Below, one piece after another: positions 56,022 to 64,000 of a DNA stretch of 64,000 bases (its first letter is position 1; each line of letters starts with the position of its first letter). The position numbers and the translations under genes are program-made. The DNA comes from Candidatus Campbellbacteria bacterium (GTDB lineage Bacteria; Patescibacteriota; Minisyncoccia; Phycocordibacterales; EsbW-18). The notes beneath the pieces are model-generated. The model did no database searches and was not told the DNA's origin. It saw only the letters and a list, made by a program, of their open reading frames with translations. The stretch spans positions 478,503-542,502 of the forward strand of contig CP064977.1 in NCBI GenBank assembly GCA_016699465.1, given 5' to 3'.

Positions 56022-56058
56022 CAAAACAAGAAAGCCACACTCCAGTGCATAGTGTGGC
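56022..56058 (+). terminator. Intrinsic terminator after the pilB paralog
   Basis: AAAGCCACAC-tccagtgcatag-TGTGGCTTT followed by CTTTATT. Confidence 0.55.
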
Positions 56059-56374
56059 TTTCTTTATTCATTAAAACGGGTACTATTGAGTGTAGGTAAA
56101 TTCAACAGAAGAGAAATCTCTAAGCAAAACCACATTGTTTGTTAAGGAGACTGTTCGCTATCTCGATGCGAGATCGAGACAACCAACGGATCCTCACCCA
56201 CTATGTGCATGTGACCATGACGTTTGCTTAGAGGTTTCTCGCCTGTTTGCTGTGTTAGCAAACAAAATTCTTTCAGCGAAACAAAAATCCCTCGTACGAG
56301 GACTTTTTGTGCGCCTACCCCTACCACATCTATTTCTTAAAAGAACAACAGTATCCTAGCATACCCACTCTGAT

Positions 56375-57400
56375 ATGTCAAGCCCCTCTCAAAAACCCGC
56401 CCGAGAGACTACGCCAGAGGTTCATGATGTCTTTTTGGATGCGTCATTACGCCCAACTCGTTGGGATGATTACGTGGGACAGGCGCAAACAAAAAATAAT
56501 TTGCATATTTTACTTTCAGCGGCAAAAGAGCGCGGACACGCACCTGAACACATCCTTTTTTATGGCCCCGCAGGTCTTGGAAAGACAACATTGGCACACC
56601 TTATTTCACACGAACTCGATGCTGCAATAAAAATTACGTCAGGACCTGCAATTGAACGCGTTGGTGACCTTGCTTCCCTACTCACCAACCTCTCCGCAAA
56701 TGATATTTTATTTATTGATGAAATTCACCGGCTCAATCCTGCAATTGAAGAAGTGCTATACCCTGCGATGGAGTCCGGACGTCTTGATATCATCATTGGA
56801 AAAGGTCCTTCCGCGCGCACAGTGCAACTAGATCTTCCTCCGTTCACACTTATTGCAGCAACGACACGCATTGCGCTTCTTTCCGCGCCGCTTCGTTCAC
56901 GTTTTTCTGGCGGGATGTTTCGACTCGAGTTTTATACTGACGAAGAAATTTTTACTATCCTCACACGTTCAGCACACTTACTTGGCGTTGAGGCTGATGC
57001 CGATGCACTCCATGAAATTGCACAACGAAGTCGCAGTACACCACGCACAGCAAACTATTTACTCAAACGTGCTCGTGATTATGCTCAGGTACACAAGAAA
57101 AAACTGTCCCTCCCCATTGTGCACGACGCACTCACACTCCTCGGCATCGATGATAAGGGACTGACACCCACTGATCAAAAACTCTTAGAACTCATTGTGA
57201 CGACGTTCAATGGTGGACCAGTTGGACTCTCAACACTCGCTGCTTCCCTTTCAGAAGACCCTGCAACCATTGAAGAGGTGTACGAACCCTACCTCATGCA
57301 ACTTGGCTTTATTGAACGCTCACCTCGCGGACGACTCATTACAAGCAAAGGTCGTGCCCACATTGATAAAGACAATTCATCTCAAGATTCGTTACTGTAA
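56375..57400 (+). CDS. ruvB: Holliday junction DNA helicase RuvB
   Basis: AAA+ motifs GPAGLGKTTLA and DEIHRL plus the RuvB C-terminal winged helix. Confidence 0.95.
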   Translation: MSSPSQKPARETTPEVHDVFLDASLRPTRWDDYVGQAQTKNNLHILLSAAKERGHAPEHILFYGPAGLGKTTLAHLISHELDAAIKITSGPAIERVGDLASLLTNLSANDILFIDEIHRLNPAIEEVLYPAMESGRLDIIIGKGPSARTVQLDLPPFTLIAATTRIALLSAPLRSRFSGGMFRLEFYTDEEIFTILTRSAHLLGVEADADALHEIAQRSRSTPRTANYLLKRARDYAQVHKKKLSLPIVHDALTLLGIDDKGLTPTDQKLLELIVTTFNGGPVGLSTLAASLSEDPATIEEVYEPYLMQLGFIERSPRGRLITSKGRAHIDKDNSSQDSLL

Positions 57401-57633
57401 CAGTGTGGGCGAGGTTAAATCTCGCCGCTACAGTTATCCACCGTAGAGATTGACCTAAAGAAACATCGCCTTTATCATAACCAATGGAAGTTCTTTGGGG
57501 AATGCCATCCTTAATTCCTAGGGGGATATGAAGCGTGCGCGAACGCAAGTTTGCGGTCATTGACCTGTTCGATGACACACAGGAAACACGCGGAAGCTGT
57601 CCCATGCGCCCGACGGACCAAAGGATTTCCACC

Positions 57634-57660
57634 AGCCGGACCACGTCCGGCTTTTTCTTA
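57634..57660 (+). terminator. Intrinsic terminator
   Basis: AGCCGGAC-cac-GTCCGGCT followed by TTTTCTTATC. Confidence 0.6.
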
Positions 57661-57674
57661 TCTAGCGATAACTA

Positions 57675-57703
57675 TTGACATACTCAAAAAAGTTAAGTAT
57701 TAT
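57675..57703 (+). promoter_or_regulatory. Consensus sigma70 promoter TTGACA-17-TATTAT
   Basis: A perfect -35 and a 5 of 6 -10 with 17 nt spacing, about 95 nt upstream of the 57800 ORF. Confidence 0.5.
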
Positions 57704-57799
57704 CCTACCAGAAGCTCTTCAGTGGACGCAATCTGTTTCTGTCATCACCCCTCGCGTCGTTCTAGTCAAAATGCAGGTCTACCGAGCAAGGAGCCCGCC

Positions 57800-58030
57800 A
57801 TGACCGCACCACCCAGCGCATCTGCTTCCGTCAACCACGCAGTCAACTGCACACTCACCGTGCTCCGTGGCAACATGAACCCAATCGCCACTTCGAACGT
57901 TGTCATCACACTCACGATGTACATGCGCGACCGAACAATGACGCCGTCTGAACAGCAAGAAGCATGGGGTCTCCTCCTCGCCCGCGTCCAGGAGGAAGGA
58001 CGGGAATACGAGAAGCAGCTCCATCCGTAA
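57800..58030 (+). CDS. Hypothetical protein, GC-rich micro-gene
   Basis: 76 aa. GAGCAAGGAGCCCGCC precedes the ATG. The CCCCGCC...GGCGGGG terminator with T7 lies at 58053-58088. Confidence 0.5.
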   Translation: MTAPPSASASVNHAVNCTLTVLRGNMNPIATSNVVITLTMYMRDRTMTPSEQQEAWGLLLARVQEEGREYEKQLHP

Positions 58031-58137
58031 AAATAGTCGCCTCTTCCCCAGGCCCCGCCCGGCTTACGCCGCGGCGGGGATTTTTTTGGTATACTCTCTA
58101 TGTCCCAACCACATTCTATATTCAATATTCTATTCAT

Positions 58138-58662
58138 ATGTCCGGCCACAATAAATGGAGTCAAATAAAAGAAAAAAAAGGAGCTACTGACGCAAAGCGC
58201 GGTAAGTTGTTTACCAAATTAGTAAAATTAATTAAGACTGAGGCCCGCATCACAAAGGGTGACCTCAATGCGCCAACGCTTAAAGCGGCAATAGAAAAAG
58301 CACGTACGGCGAATATGCCAAAAGATAACATCGACCGCGCAATACAAAGTGCGCAAAATACAGCCGCTGATGAAAAAGTTGTGTACGAAGCATTTGGTCC
58401 AGGTGGATGTGCGCTCATTATTGAAGGACTTACCGATAGTAAAAACCGGACTTCCCAGGAAATGAAACATCTTCTTTCAGAACACGATCTTGCACTCGCA
58501 GCCCCAGGTTCTGCAAGTTGGGCATTTACAAAAACACATGAGGGTTGGACACCAACAACCACCGTTCCCCTTTCAGAAGAAGATGGCGCAAAACTTTCTG
58601 CACTTATTGAAGAACTTGAAAACAACGACGATGTGCAGGAGGTGTATACAAATGCAGAATGA
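58138..58662 (+). CDS. yebC: YebC/PmpR-family transcriptional regulatory protein
   Basis: MSGHNKWSQIKEKKGATDAKRGKLFTKL N-terminus with full-length conservation. Confidence 0.9.
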   Translation: MSGHNKWSQIKEKKGATDAKRGKLFTKLVKLIKTEARITKGDLNAPTLKAAIEKARTANMPKDNIDRAIQSAQNTAADEKVVYEAFGPGGCALIIEGLTDSKNRTSQEMKHLLSEHDLALAAPGSASWAFTKTHEGWTPTTTVPLSEEDGAKLSALIEELENNDDVQEVYTNAE

Positions 58663-58761
58663 TGCAAAAACTCAAAATCCAAAATTTAAAGCTCAAAAAA
58701 TTATGAAATTATTACACTTTGAAACATTTTTTGGATTTTGTGCTTTGAACTTTGTGCTTTT

Positions 58762-59232
58762 ATGATTACTCTTGGTATTGATCCCGGCTACGACCGACTT
58801 GGTATTGCACTCCTTGAAGGCGACCGACAAAAACAAGTGATTATTTTTTCTGAGTGTTTTGAAACATGTTCAGCAGACGATTTTGAAACTCGCCTCCACG
58901 CCGCCGTGTCTCATGTGCGAGATATTTTACACACCTATACACCTGACAACGTTGCACTTGAAACACTTTTTTTTAGTAACAATCAAAAAACAGCTATGCA
59001 CGTGGCCGAAACACGTGGAGCACTTTTGTTTGCGATAACCGATGCTCACATTTCCGCCCATCAGTATGCACCACAGGCAATAAAGGTTGCTGTTGCAGGA
59101 AGCGGTCGTGGAAGTAAAGATGATATTGCCCGTATGCTCCACAAACTTCTTTCAATTCCAAATAAAAAAATACGCGATGATGAATACGATGCTATTGCTG
59201 TAGCCCTTACACACATGGTGAGTTGCAAGTAG
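58762..59232 (+). CDS. ruvC: Crossover junction endodeoxyribonuclease RuvC
   Basis: MITLGIDPGYDRLGIALLEG and the downstream acidic catalytic residues. The MCFELCAF extension is repeat-derived. Confidence 0.85.
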   Translation: MITLGIDPGYDRLGIALLEGDRQKQVIIFSECFETCSADDFETRLHAAVSHVRDILHTYTPDNVALETLFFSNNQKTAMHVAETRGALLFAITDAHISAHQYAPQAIKVAVAGSGRGSKDDIARMLHKLLSIPNKKIRDDEYDAIAVALTHMVSCK

Positions 59233-59270
59233 TATGTGGTAGCTAGTATGTGGTATGTGGTGTGTGGGTT
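59222..59270. repeat. Left flank: GTAGTATGTGG-unit low-complexity repeat, the inverted partner of 59683-59760
   Basis: (GTATGTGGT)n-like units, with the reverse complement present downstream of the four-helix-bundle gene. Confidence 0.6.
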
Positions 59271-59307
59271 TAGAAAAATTTTATGTACATGATGTATAGC
59301 GTTTGTT

Positions 59308-59682
59308 ATGAACACCATAAAAGATTTTACCGATCTCCGTGTCTGGCAATCGGCACACCAACTTGCCATTTTGTTATATAAAACAAGAGCACCTTTTCCA
59401 AAAGAAGAGGTGTTTGGTTTGGCCGGTCAACTACGACGAGCAGGAGTTTCTGTTTCATCAAATATTACTGAAGGTTTCGGGAGAAATTTTTCAAAAGAAA
59501 AGGTCCTGTTTTACCACATTGCACAATCTTCATTACGTGAAGTTTATTCACAAGTGTTGCTCGCAAAAGATATTGGATATGTACCCGAGCAAAATACCCA
59601 GCTCATTTTTGAACAAATTGTTTCAATAGGAAAAATGCTAACGGCACTCATCAAAACCGTTTCTTCCCGTCCGATTTCATAA
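59308..59682 (+). CDS. Four-helix-bundle protein (23S rRNA intervening-sequence protein family, TIGR02436-like)
   Basis: FDLRVWQSAHQLAILLYKTRAPFPKEEVFGLAGQLRRAGVSVSSNITEG signature. Flanked by imperfect inverted repeats of about 45-75 bp. Confidence 0.8.
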   Translation: MNTIKDFTDLRVWQSAHQLAILLYKTRAPFPKEEVFGLAGQLRRAGVSVSSNITEGFGRNFSKEKVLFYHIAQSSLREVYSQVLLAKDIGYVPEQNTQLIFEQIVSIGKMLTALIKTVSSRPIS

Positions 59683-59760
59683 CCCACATGCCACCCCCAC
59701 ATACCAACTACCACATACCACCCCTTGCATACCAACTACTACATACTTCCCCATATCGTT
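59683..59760. repeat. Right flank: CCACATACC-unit repeat, the inverted partner of 59222-59270
   Basis: Reverse complement of the GTATGTGG units. Related units occur at 240-300. Confidence 0.6.
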
Positions 59761-59882
59761 GTCCCCATATTATCCACGGTGGCCACATTGACCACTTGAA
59801 CTCTTGCGCATGATTTGATACAACAGTACTCACTTCTGCACTCACACTATTTTTGCAGGAGATTATCACATAACAGCAACCT

Positions 59883-60110
59883 ATGTTTGATGCAGACACA
59901 ACCTTGTCACCAACCATTACGGATGATGACGACCTGCTCTCTCCGTGGGACGACACCGACGATACCGCTCTTCCTGTAGAACCAGACGAAGAGGGGGGCG
60001 ACCTTGTCCCACCAAAACCACTCGATCCACTCAGTGAAGAGGACGAGGATGATGAGGAGGCCGATGAATTTGGCCTTTCTTCAGATGATTTTGGGGACGA
60101 AGAACTATAG
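59883..60110 (+). CDS. Possible highly acidic small protein (Asp/Glu about 40%)
   Basis: 75 aa. No RBS. GC-rich. It shares the bidirectional terminator AAAAACCACCC-ctca-GGGTGGTTTTT (60122-60150) with tyrS. The antisense strand has a Ser-rich ORF, so the coding strand is uncertain. Confidence 0.3.
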   Translation: MFDADTTLSPTITDDDDLLSPWDDTDDTALPVEPDEEGGDLVPPKPLDPLSEEDEDDEEADEFGLSSDDFGDEEL

Positions 60111-60148
60111 CGTTCTCTACCAAAAACCACCCCTCAGGGTGGTTTTTG

Positions 60149-61402
60149 TTATTCCTTCTTTTTTAGAACGCGTTTGACAGTAATTTTGAGAAATTTTTTC
60201 TTTCCTATACGAAGAATGACTGACTTAGCTATCGGCATTTTTACTTCCTGAATTTTTTCTCCCGTTTCTGCATCACGCAACCCTCCCCCTTCAACAAGGC
60301 GTCGTATTTCTGACTTTGAAGGAACAACACCTTCTTGTACAAGAACATCTTCTAGTGATGTTGAATCGCCAACAGATGCTTCTGGTATTGTTGTAGGAAG
60401 TTCTCTATTACTAAACACCTTTACAAACTCCTCTTCGGCTTTCTGTGCAGCATCAGGAGAGTGGTACATCGTTACAATTTCTCGAGCAAGACGCATTTTT
60501 AATTCTCGTGGACGAGATACGAATTCCTTTTGGAGGCATGCAACATCTTCTCCTGGTACGCGAGTACAAATTTCAAAATACTTCATCATCAAATCATCGT
60601 GCACACGCATTGTGTTCGCATACATGGTATTTGGTGTATCAAAAATATTGATAGTATTTCCCAAACTTTTACTCATTTTTCGCCCGTCTGTTCCAGGGAG
60701 AAGCTCCATAATCATGATGTCTTGTGGTTCTTGTTTGTAGTGTTGTTGTAACACTCGTCCTGAAAGCATATTAAACCGCTGGTCGGTCCCTCCAAGTTCT
60801 ACGTCGGCCTTAATTGCGACACTATCGTATCCTTGCATTAGTGGGTAGAGTGTTTCGCGTAGTGAAACGCGTCTTCCTGCAACTAATCGACGCTTAATAA
60901 TGTCTCGGGCAATAAAATCAGAAATTGAAAACTGGTCTGCTTGTTCACCAATCTCTGCAAACGATAATGTATTAAGCCATTTTGAGTTGTGATGCACTTC
61001 TGCTCGCGAGAGATCAATAATTTTTCCAATTTGCTTAAGATATGTTTTTTCATTTGCCTTCACTTCTTTTTGGGAAAGCATGGGGCGCTCCGACTCTTTA
61101 TCTGACGTGTCACCAATAACACCCGTCGCGTCCCCAATAATAAGTACTGGAATATGTCCAAGTTGTTGAAAATCACGTAATTTTAAGAGATTGTTAGCAT
61201 GACCAATGTGGAGATTTGAGCCTGTGGGATCAATACCGAGCTTTATACGAAGACGTTTCCCCGATTCGAGCTTCTTTTTAAGATTGTCTGCTGAAATTAT
61301 TTCAACAACACCTCGCAACAACACCTCTTGAATTCGTTGAGGGTCAGTTATAACAGCCGTGTGTGCTTTTTTTACTGCCATACATGTAGTAGTGTACCCC
61401 AA
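60149..61402 (-). CDS. tyrS: Tyrosine--tRNA ligase with a C-terminal S4 domain
   Basis: HIGH-like HIGHANN and KMSKS motifs. The start may be the internal Met (MAVKK, about 61381). Confidence 0.9.
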   Translation of the reverse strand: MGYTTTCMAVKKAHTAVITDPQRIQEVLLRGVVEIISADNLKKKLESGKRLRIKLGIDPTGSNLHIGHANNLLKLRDFQQLGHIPVLIIGDATGVIGDTSDKESERPMLSQKEVKANEKTYLKQIGKIIDLSRAEVHHNSKWLNTLSFAEIGEQADQFSISDFIARDIIKRRLVAGRRVSLRETLYPLMQGYDSVAIKADVELGGTDQRFNMLSGRVLQQHYKQEPQDIMIMELLPGTDGRKMSKSLGNTINIFDTPNTMYANTMRVHDDLMMKYFEICTRVPGEDVACLQKEFVSRPRELKMRLAREIVTMYHSPDAAQKAEEEFVKVFSNRELPTTIPEASVGDSTSLEDVLVQEGVVPSKSEIRRLVEGGGLRDAETGEKIQEVKMPIAKSVILRIGKKKFLKITVKRVLKKKE

Positions 61403-61513
61403 ATACTGGCGGGTTGGAAGTTTAGAGGTAAGAAACTTGAGGTAAGAAGCTATTGAACAAATTATAATGACTCCCTATACAAATAGAGCTATACTTGGTG
61501 TTATACATCACAT

Positions 61514-63994
61514 ATGAAACATACAAAACATAACCCTTATTACACAGCAACACTTTTTATTCTTGGCCTTGGTGCGTTTATCGGCGGAATTGTATTACTA
61601 TGGGCAGCAACACTCCGTCTTCCCAATTTTGATGTGTTTGAGGAACGAAAAGTAGAACAATCAACAAAGATTTACGACCGAACAGGTGAAGTGCTCCTCT
61701 ACGACTTGCATGAAAACGCACAACGAACAGTGATTCCCTTTGATTCAATTTCTCGACATATAAAAAATGCGACAGTTGCTATTGAAGACGCCGAATTCTA
61801 TCAGCACCACGGTATTAAATGGAGTTCGTTTTTCCGAGCAGTTCTCGTTAACATTCTTTCATTGCAATACAGTCAAGGTGGTTCAACTATCACCCAACAA
61901 GTGGTAAAAAACTCTCTTCTTACTCAGGAAAAAACAATCTCGCGAAAAATAAAAGAGTGGGTACTCGCACTTAAGCTAGAAAAAAATCTTTCGAAAGATG
62001 AAATTCTTAACCTATATCTCAATGAAGCGCCCTACGGAGGAAGTTTGTACGGTGTTGAAGAAGCAAGTCAGGGCTTTTTTCATAAAAGTGCCAAGGATGT
62101 GACTCTCGCTGAAGCTGCCTATATTGCTGCACTACCACAAGCGCCGACATTCTATTCTCCATACGGCAACAATGTAGACAAACTCGAGAGCCGAAAAAAT
62201 CTTGTGTTGAGTCGTATGCTCGAAGACAAATTTATTACTCAAGAAGAGTACGACGCGGCAAAAAAAGAGGTTGTTGCGTTCAAACCTCGACCAGAAAAAG
62301 GACTTCTTGCTCCTCACTTTGTATTTTATGTTCGCCAATACTTGGAACAAAAATATGGACAGACTGCACTTGAAGAAGATGGTCTACGTGTCATCACAAC
62401 TCTTGATTACGAACTACAAGAACAAGCTGAAAAAATTGTAAAGGAAGGCGCGTTTGAAAACGAAGCAAAATTTAAAGCAGAAAATGCTGGACTTGTAGCA
62501 ACTGACCCAAAAACAGGACAAATTCTTGTAATGGTTGGTTCGCGTGATTACTTTGACACAAAAATTGACGGTAATGTAAATATTGCAACCGCAAAACGAC
62601 AGCCTGGTTCTGCGTTTAAACCGTTTGTGTATGCAACCGCATTTAAAAAGGGACTTACACCCGCAACGGTTCTCTTTGATCTTCCTACACAATTCTCAAC
62701 ATCGTGTTCTGTACAAAGCACTCAAAGTGCCTCTCCGTGTTATTACCCAGAAAACTACGATGGAAAGTATCGTGGACCAATGAGTATTCGTGACGCACTC
62801 GCACAATCGGTAAACATTCCAGCAGTTAAAGCTCTCTATATTGCCGGAATTTCTAATTCTATTAAAACCGCGCGCGATATGGGTATTTCAACTCTTACAG
62901 ATGCATCGCGTTATGGACTTACCCTCGTTCTTGGAGGAGGAGAAGTTACACTCCTCGATCTCACAAGTGCCTACGGTGTTTTTGCAAACGAAGGCGTGCG
63001 CAACGAAACAACGGCTATTCTTAAAGTAGAAAAATCTGATGGAACTATCTTGGAAGAATTTACCGCACACCCTTCTCGTGTCCTTGATCAAAATATTGCA
63101 CTGCAACTATCAGATGTCTTGTCTGACAACGTTGCTCGTACTCCCGCATTTGGTTCTGCGTCTGGGTTATATTTTCCAAGTACTGATGTTGCGGTAAAAA
63201 CAGGAACAACGAACGATTATCGCGACGTGTGGATTATTGGATATACACCCAATATCTCTGTTGGTGCGTGGGGAGGAAATAATGACAACACCTCTATCGA
63301 CAAAAAAGTTGCTGGTTTTGTTATTGCGCCACTCTGGCATCGTTTTATGGAAGTTGCTCTACAAAAATATCCTGATACCTCATTCCCTACTCCTACAGTA
63401 TCAAAAACAACAAAACCAATTCTCAATGGAATTTGGCAAGGGGGTGTCGCTCATGAAATTGATTCACGAACCGGTGCAACCGCAACACAAAGCACACCTG
63501 ACGTATTTCGTAAAACAGAAGTAGTACAAAATGTTCACTCTATTTTGTATTGGATAGACAAAGATGATCCAACAGGTCCTGTTCCAAGTAACCCTGGTTC
63601 TGACCCTCAATACGCATACTGGGAATATCCCATTCGATCATGGGCCGCACAACATGGATATGTATCTGGCGCAAAAACTATTGTTACTAGCCCCCTATCT
63701 TCTTCACAAACAAGCACTAATTCAACCTCTATAGGTATTTCAGGGCTCGCATCGTCGTATGAAAAAAATGACACTATTTCTCTTAAACTTACACTACCCG
63801 CTGACTACACAAATACAACCACCGACGTATTTATAGATTCTACTCAGTTGTCTGATGTTACTCGAGGGTCATATTCTCTTTCATTTCCTATTCAATTTCT
63901 TTCACCATCTGAAACAGTACACGCACTATATCTCGTCTTCTACAAAAAAGACGGTTCAAAAGTAGGTATCTCAAAAACATTTACCGTTAAGTAG
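61514..63994 (+). CDS. Penicillin-binding protein 1A (bifunctional glycosyltransferase/transpeptidase)
   Basis: N-terminal TM segment, GT51 motifs (EDAEFYQHHG, GGSTITQQ) and the transpeptidase SxxK/SxN/KTG pattern. Confidence 0.9.
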   Translation: MKHTKHNPYYTATLFILGLGAFIGGIVLLWAATLRLPNFDVFEERKVEQSTKIYDRTGEVLLYDLHENAQRTVIPFDSISRHIKNATVAIEDAEFYQHHGIKWSSFFRAVLVNILSLQYSQGGSTITQQVVKNSLLTQEKTISRKIKEWVLALKLEKNLSKDEILNLYLNEAPYGGSLYGVEEASQGFFHKSAKDVTLAEAAYIAALPQAPTFYSPYGNNVDKLESRKNLVLSRMLEDKFITQEEYDAAKKEVVAFKPRPEKGLLAPHFVFYVRQYLEQKYGQTALEEDGLRVITTLDYELQEQAEKIVKEGAFENEAKFKAENAGLVATDPKTGQILVMVGSRDYFDTKIDGNVNIATAKRQPGSAFKPFVYATAFKKGLTPATVLFDLPTQFSTSCSVQSTQSASPCYYPENYDGKYRGPMSIRDALAQSVNIPAVKALYIAGISNSIKTARDMGISTLTDASRYGLTLVLGGGEVTLLDLTSAYGVFANEGVRNETTAILKVEKSDGTILEEFTAHPSRVLDQNIALQLSDVLSDNVARTPAFGSASGLYFPSTDVAVKTGTTNDYRDVWIIGYTPNISVGAWGGNNDNTSIDKKVAGFVIAPLWHRFMEVALQKYPDTSFPTPTVSKTTKPILNGIWQGGVAHEIDSRTGATATQSTPDVFRKTEVVQNVHSILYWIDKDDPTGPVPSNPGSDPQYAYWEYPIRSWAAQHGYVSGAKTIVTSPLSSSQTSTNSTSIGISGLASSYEKNDTISLKLTLPADYTNTTTDVFIDSTQLSDVTRGSYSLSFPIQFLSPSETVHALYLVFYKKDGSKVGISKTFTVK

Positions 63995-64000
63995 TACTAT

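Noticed and set aside
596-58761. MDFEL, MDFEF and MCFEL N-terminal extensions on mscL, rluA, csaA, ruvC and the ORF at 58161-58682
   Set aside because: They are translated from the AAGCTCAAAATCCAAA intergenic repeat, which happens to contain ATG GAT TTT GAG CTT. Real starts are at the downstream Met codons that align with homolog N-termini. The ORF at 58161-58682 is antisense to yebC and is discarded.
59708-60130. 140 aa Ser-rich minus-strand ORF
   Set aside because: It is the antisense partner of the acidic plus-strand ORF. A poly-Ser low-complexity product is unlikely, but the coding strand of this locus remains uncertain, so it is flagged in the findings instead.
14285-61450. Periodic GGAAGTTGG-type and AAAATCCAAA-type repeats considered as CRISPR arrays
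   Set aside because: The units are degenerate with no unique spacers of fixed length. They are spread over many intergenic sites and no cas genes are present.

Overview
This 64 kb window comes from an AT-leaning (about 45% GC), gene-dense bacterial chromosome. Its architecture looks like a streamlined Patescibacteria/CPR-type genome, but that assignment is inference only. Supporting signs are short genes, almost no Shine-Dalgarno sequences on housekeeping genes, -10-only leaderless-looking promoters, a four-helix-bundle 23S rRNA IVS-family gene, and abundant low-complexity intergenic spacers. Recognisable content falls into five groups. (1) DNA repair and recombination: recJ, lexA with a Cheo-type LexA box, polA, ruvA, ruvB, ruvC, ruvX, yebC and holA-like. 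(2) Glycolysis: pgk and tpiA. (3) Type IV pilus machinery in three places: a pilB-pilC-pseudopilin cluster at 7.1-14.3 kb, pilM-pilN-pilO at 34.3-37.0 kb, and a second pilB paralog at 54.2-55.9 kb. (4) Cell envelope: PBP1A, a Mur ligase, mltG, mscL, DsbB, DedA, LemA, TPM and a lamin-tail-domain protein. (5) Translation-related genes: rplS, rpsT, tyrS, trmH, rluA, tsaE and a CsaA-type tRNA-binding protein, plus seven tRNAs: His, Leu-GAG, Val-TAC, Arg-TCT, Arg-GCG, Ser-TGA and Lys-TTT. The most unusual signal is a dispersed set of at least 13 small stand-alone genes of 44-200 aa that are GC-rich (roughly 52-60%). They carry strong AGGAGG-type ribosome binding sites, near-consensus sigma70 promoters (TTGACA-17-TATAAT) and GC-rich intrinsic terminators. 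All three signals are essentially absent from the native genes. Several of these micro-genes flank tRNA genes, duplicated gene ends and tRNA 3'-end repeat scars, which is the footprint of repeated acquisition of foreign mini-cassettes. Candidate cis-regulatory elements include a 20-28 bp perfect palindrome present three times (two copies bracket a TrpR/YerC-like regulator gene, one lies inside the trmH CDS), a palindromic operator shared by the pilB and pilC promoters, and a LexA box in the lexA/ydjM-like divergent region. All coordinates are read by eye from the printed sequence and may be off by 1-3 nt.
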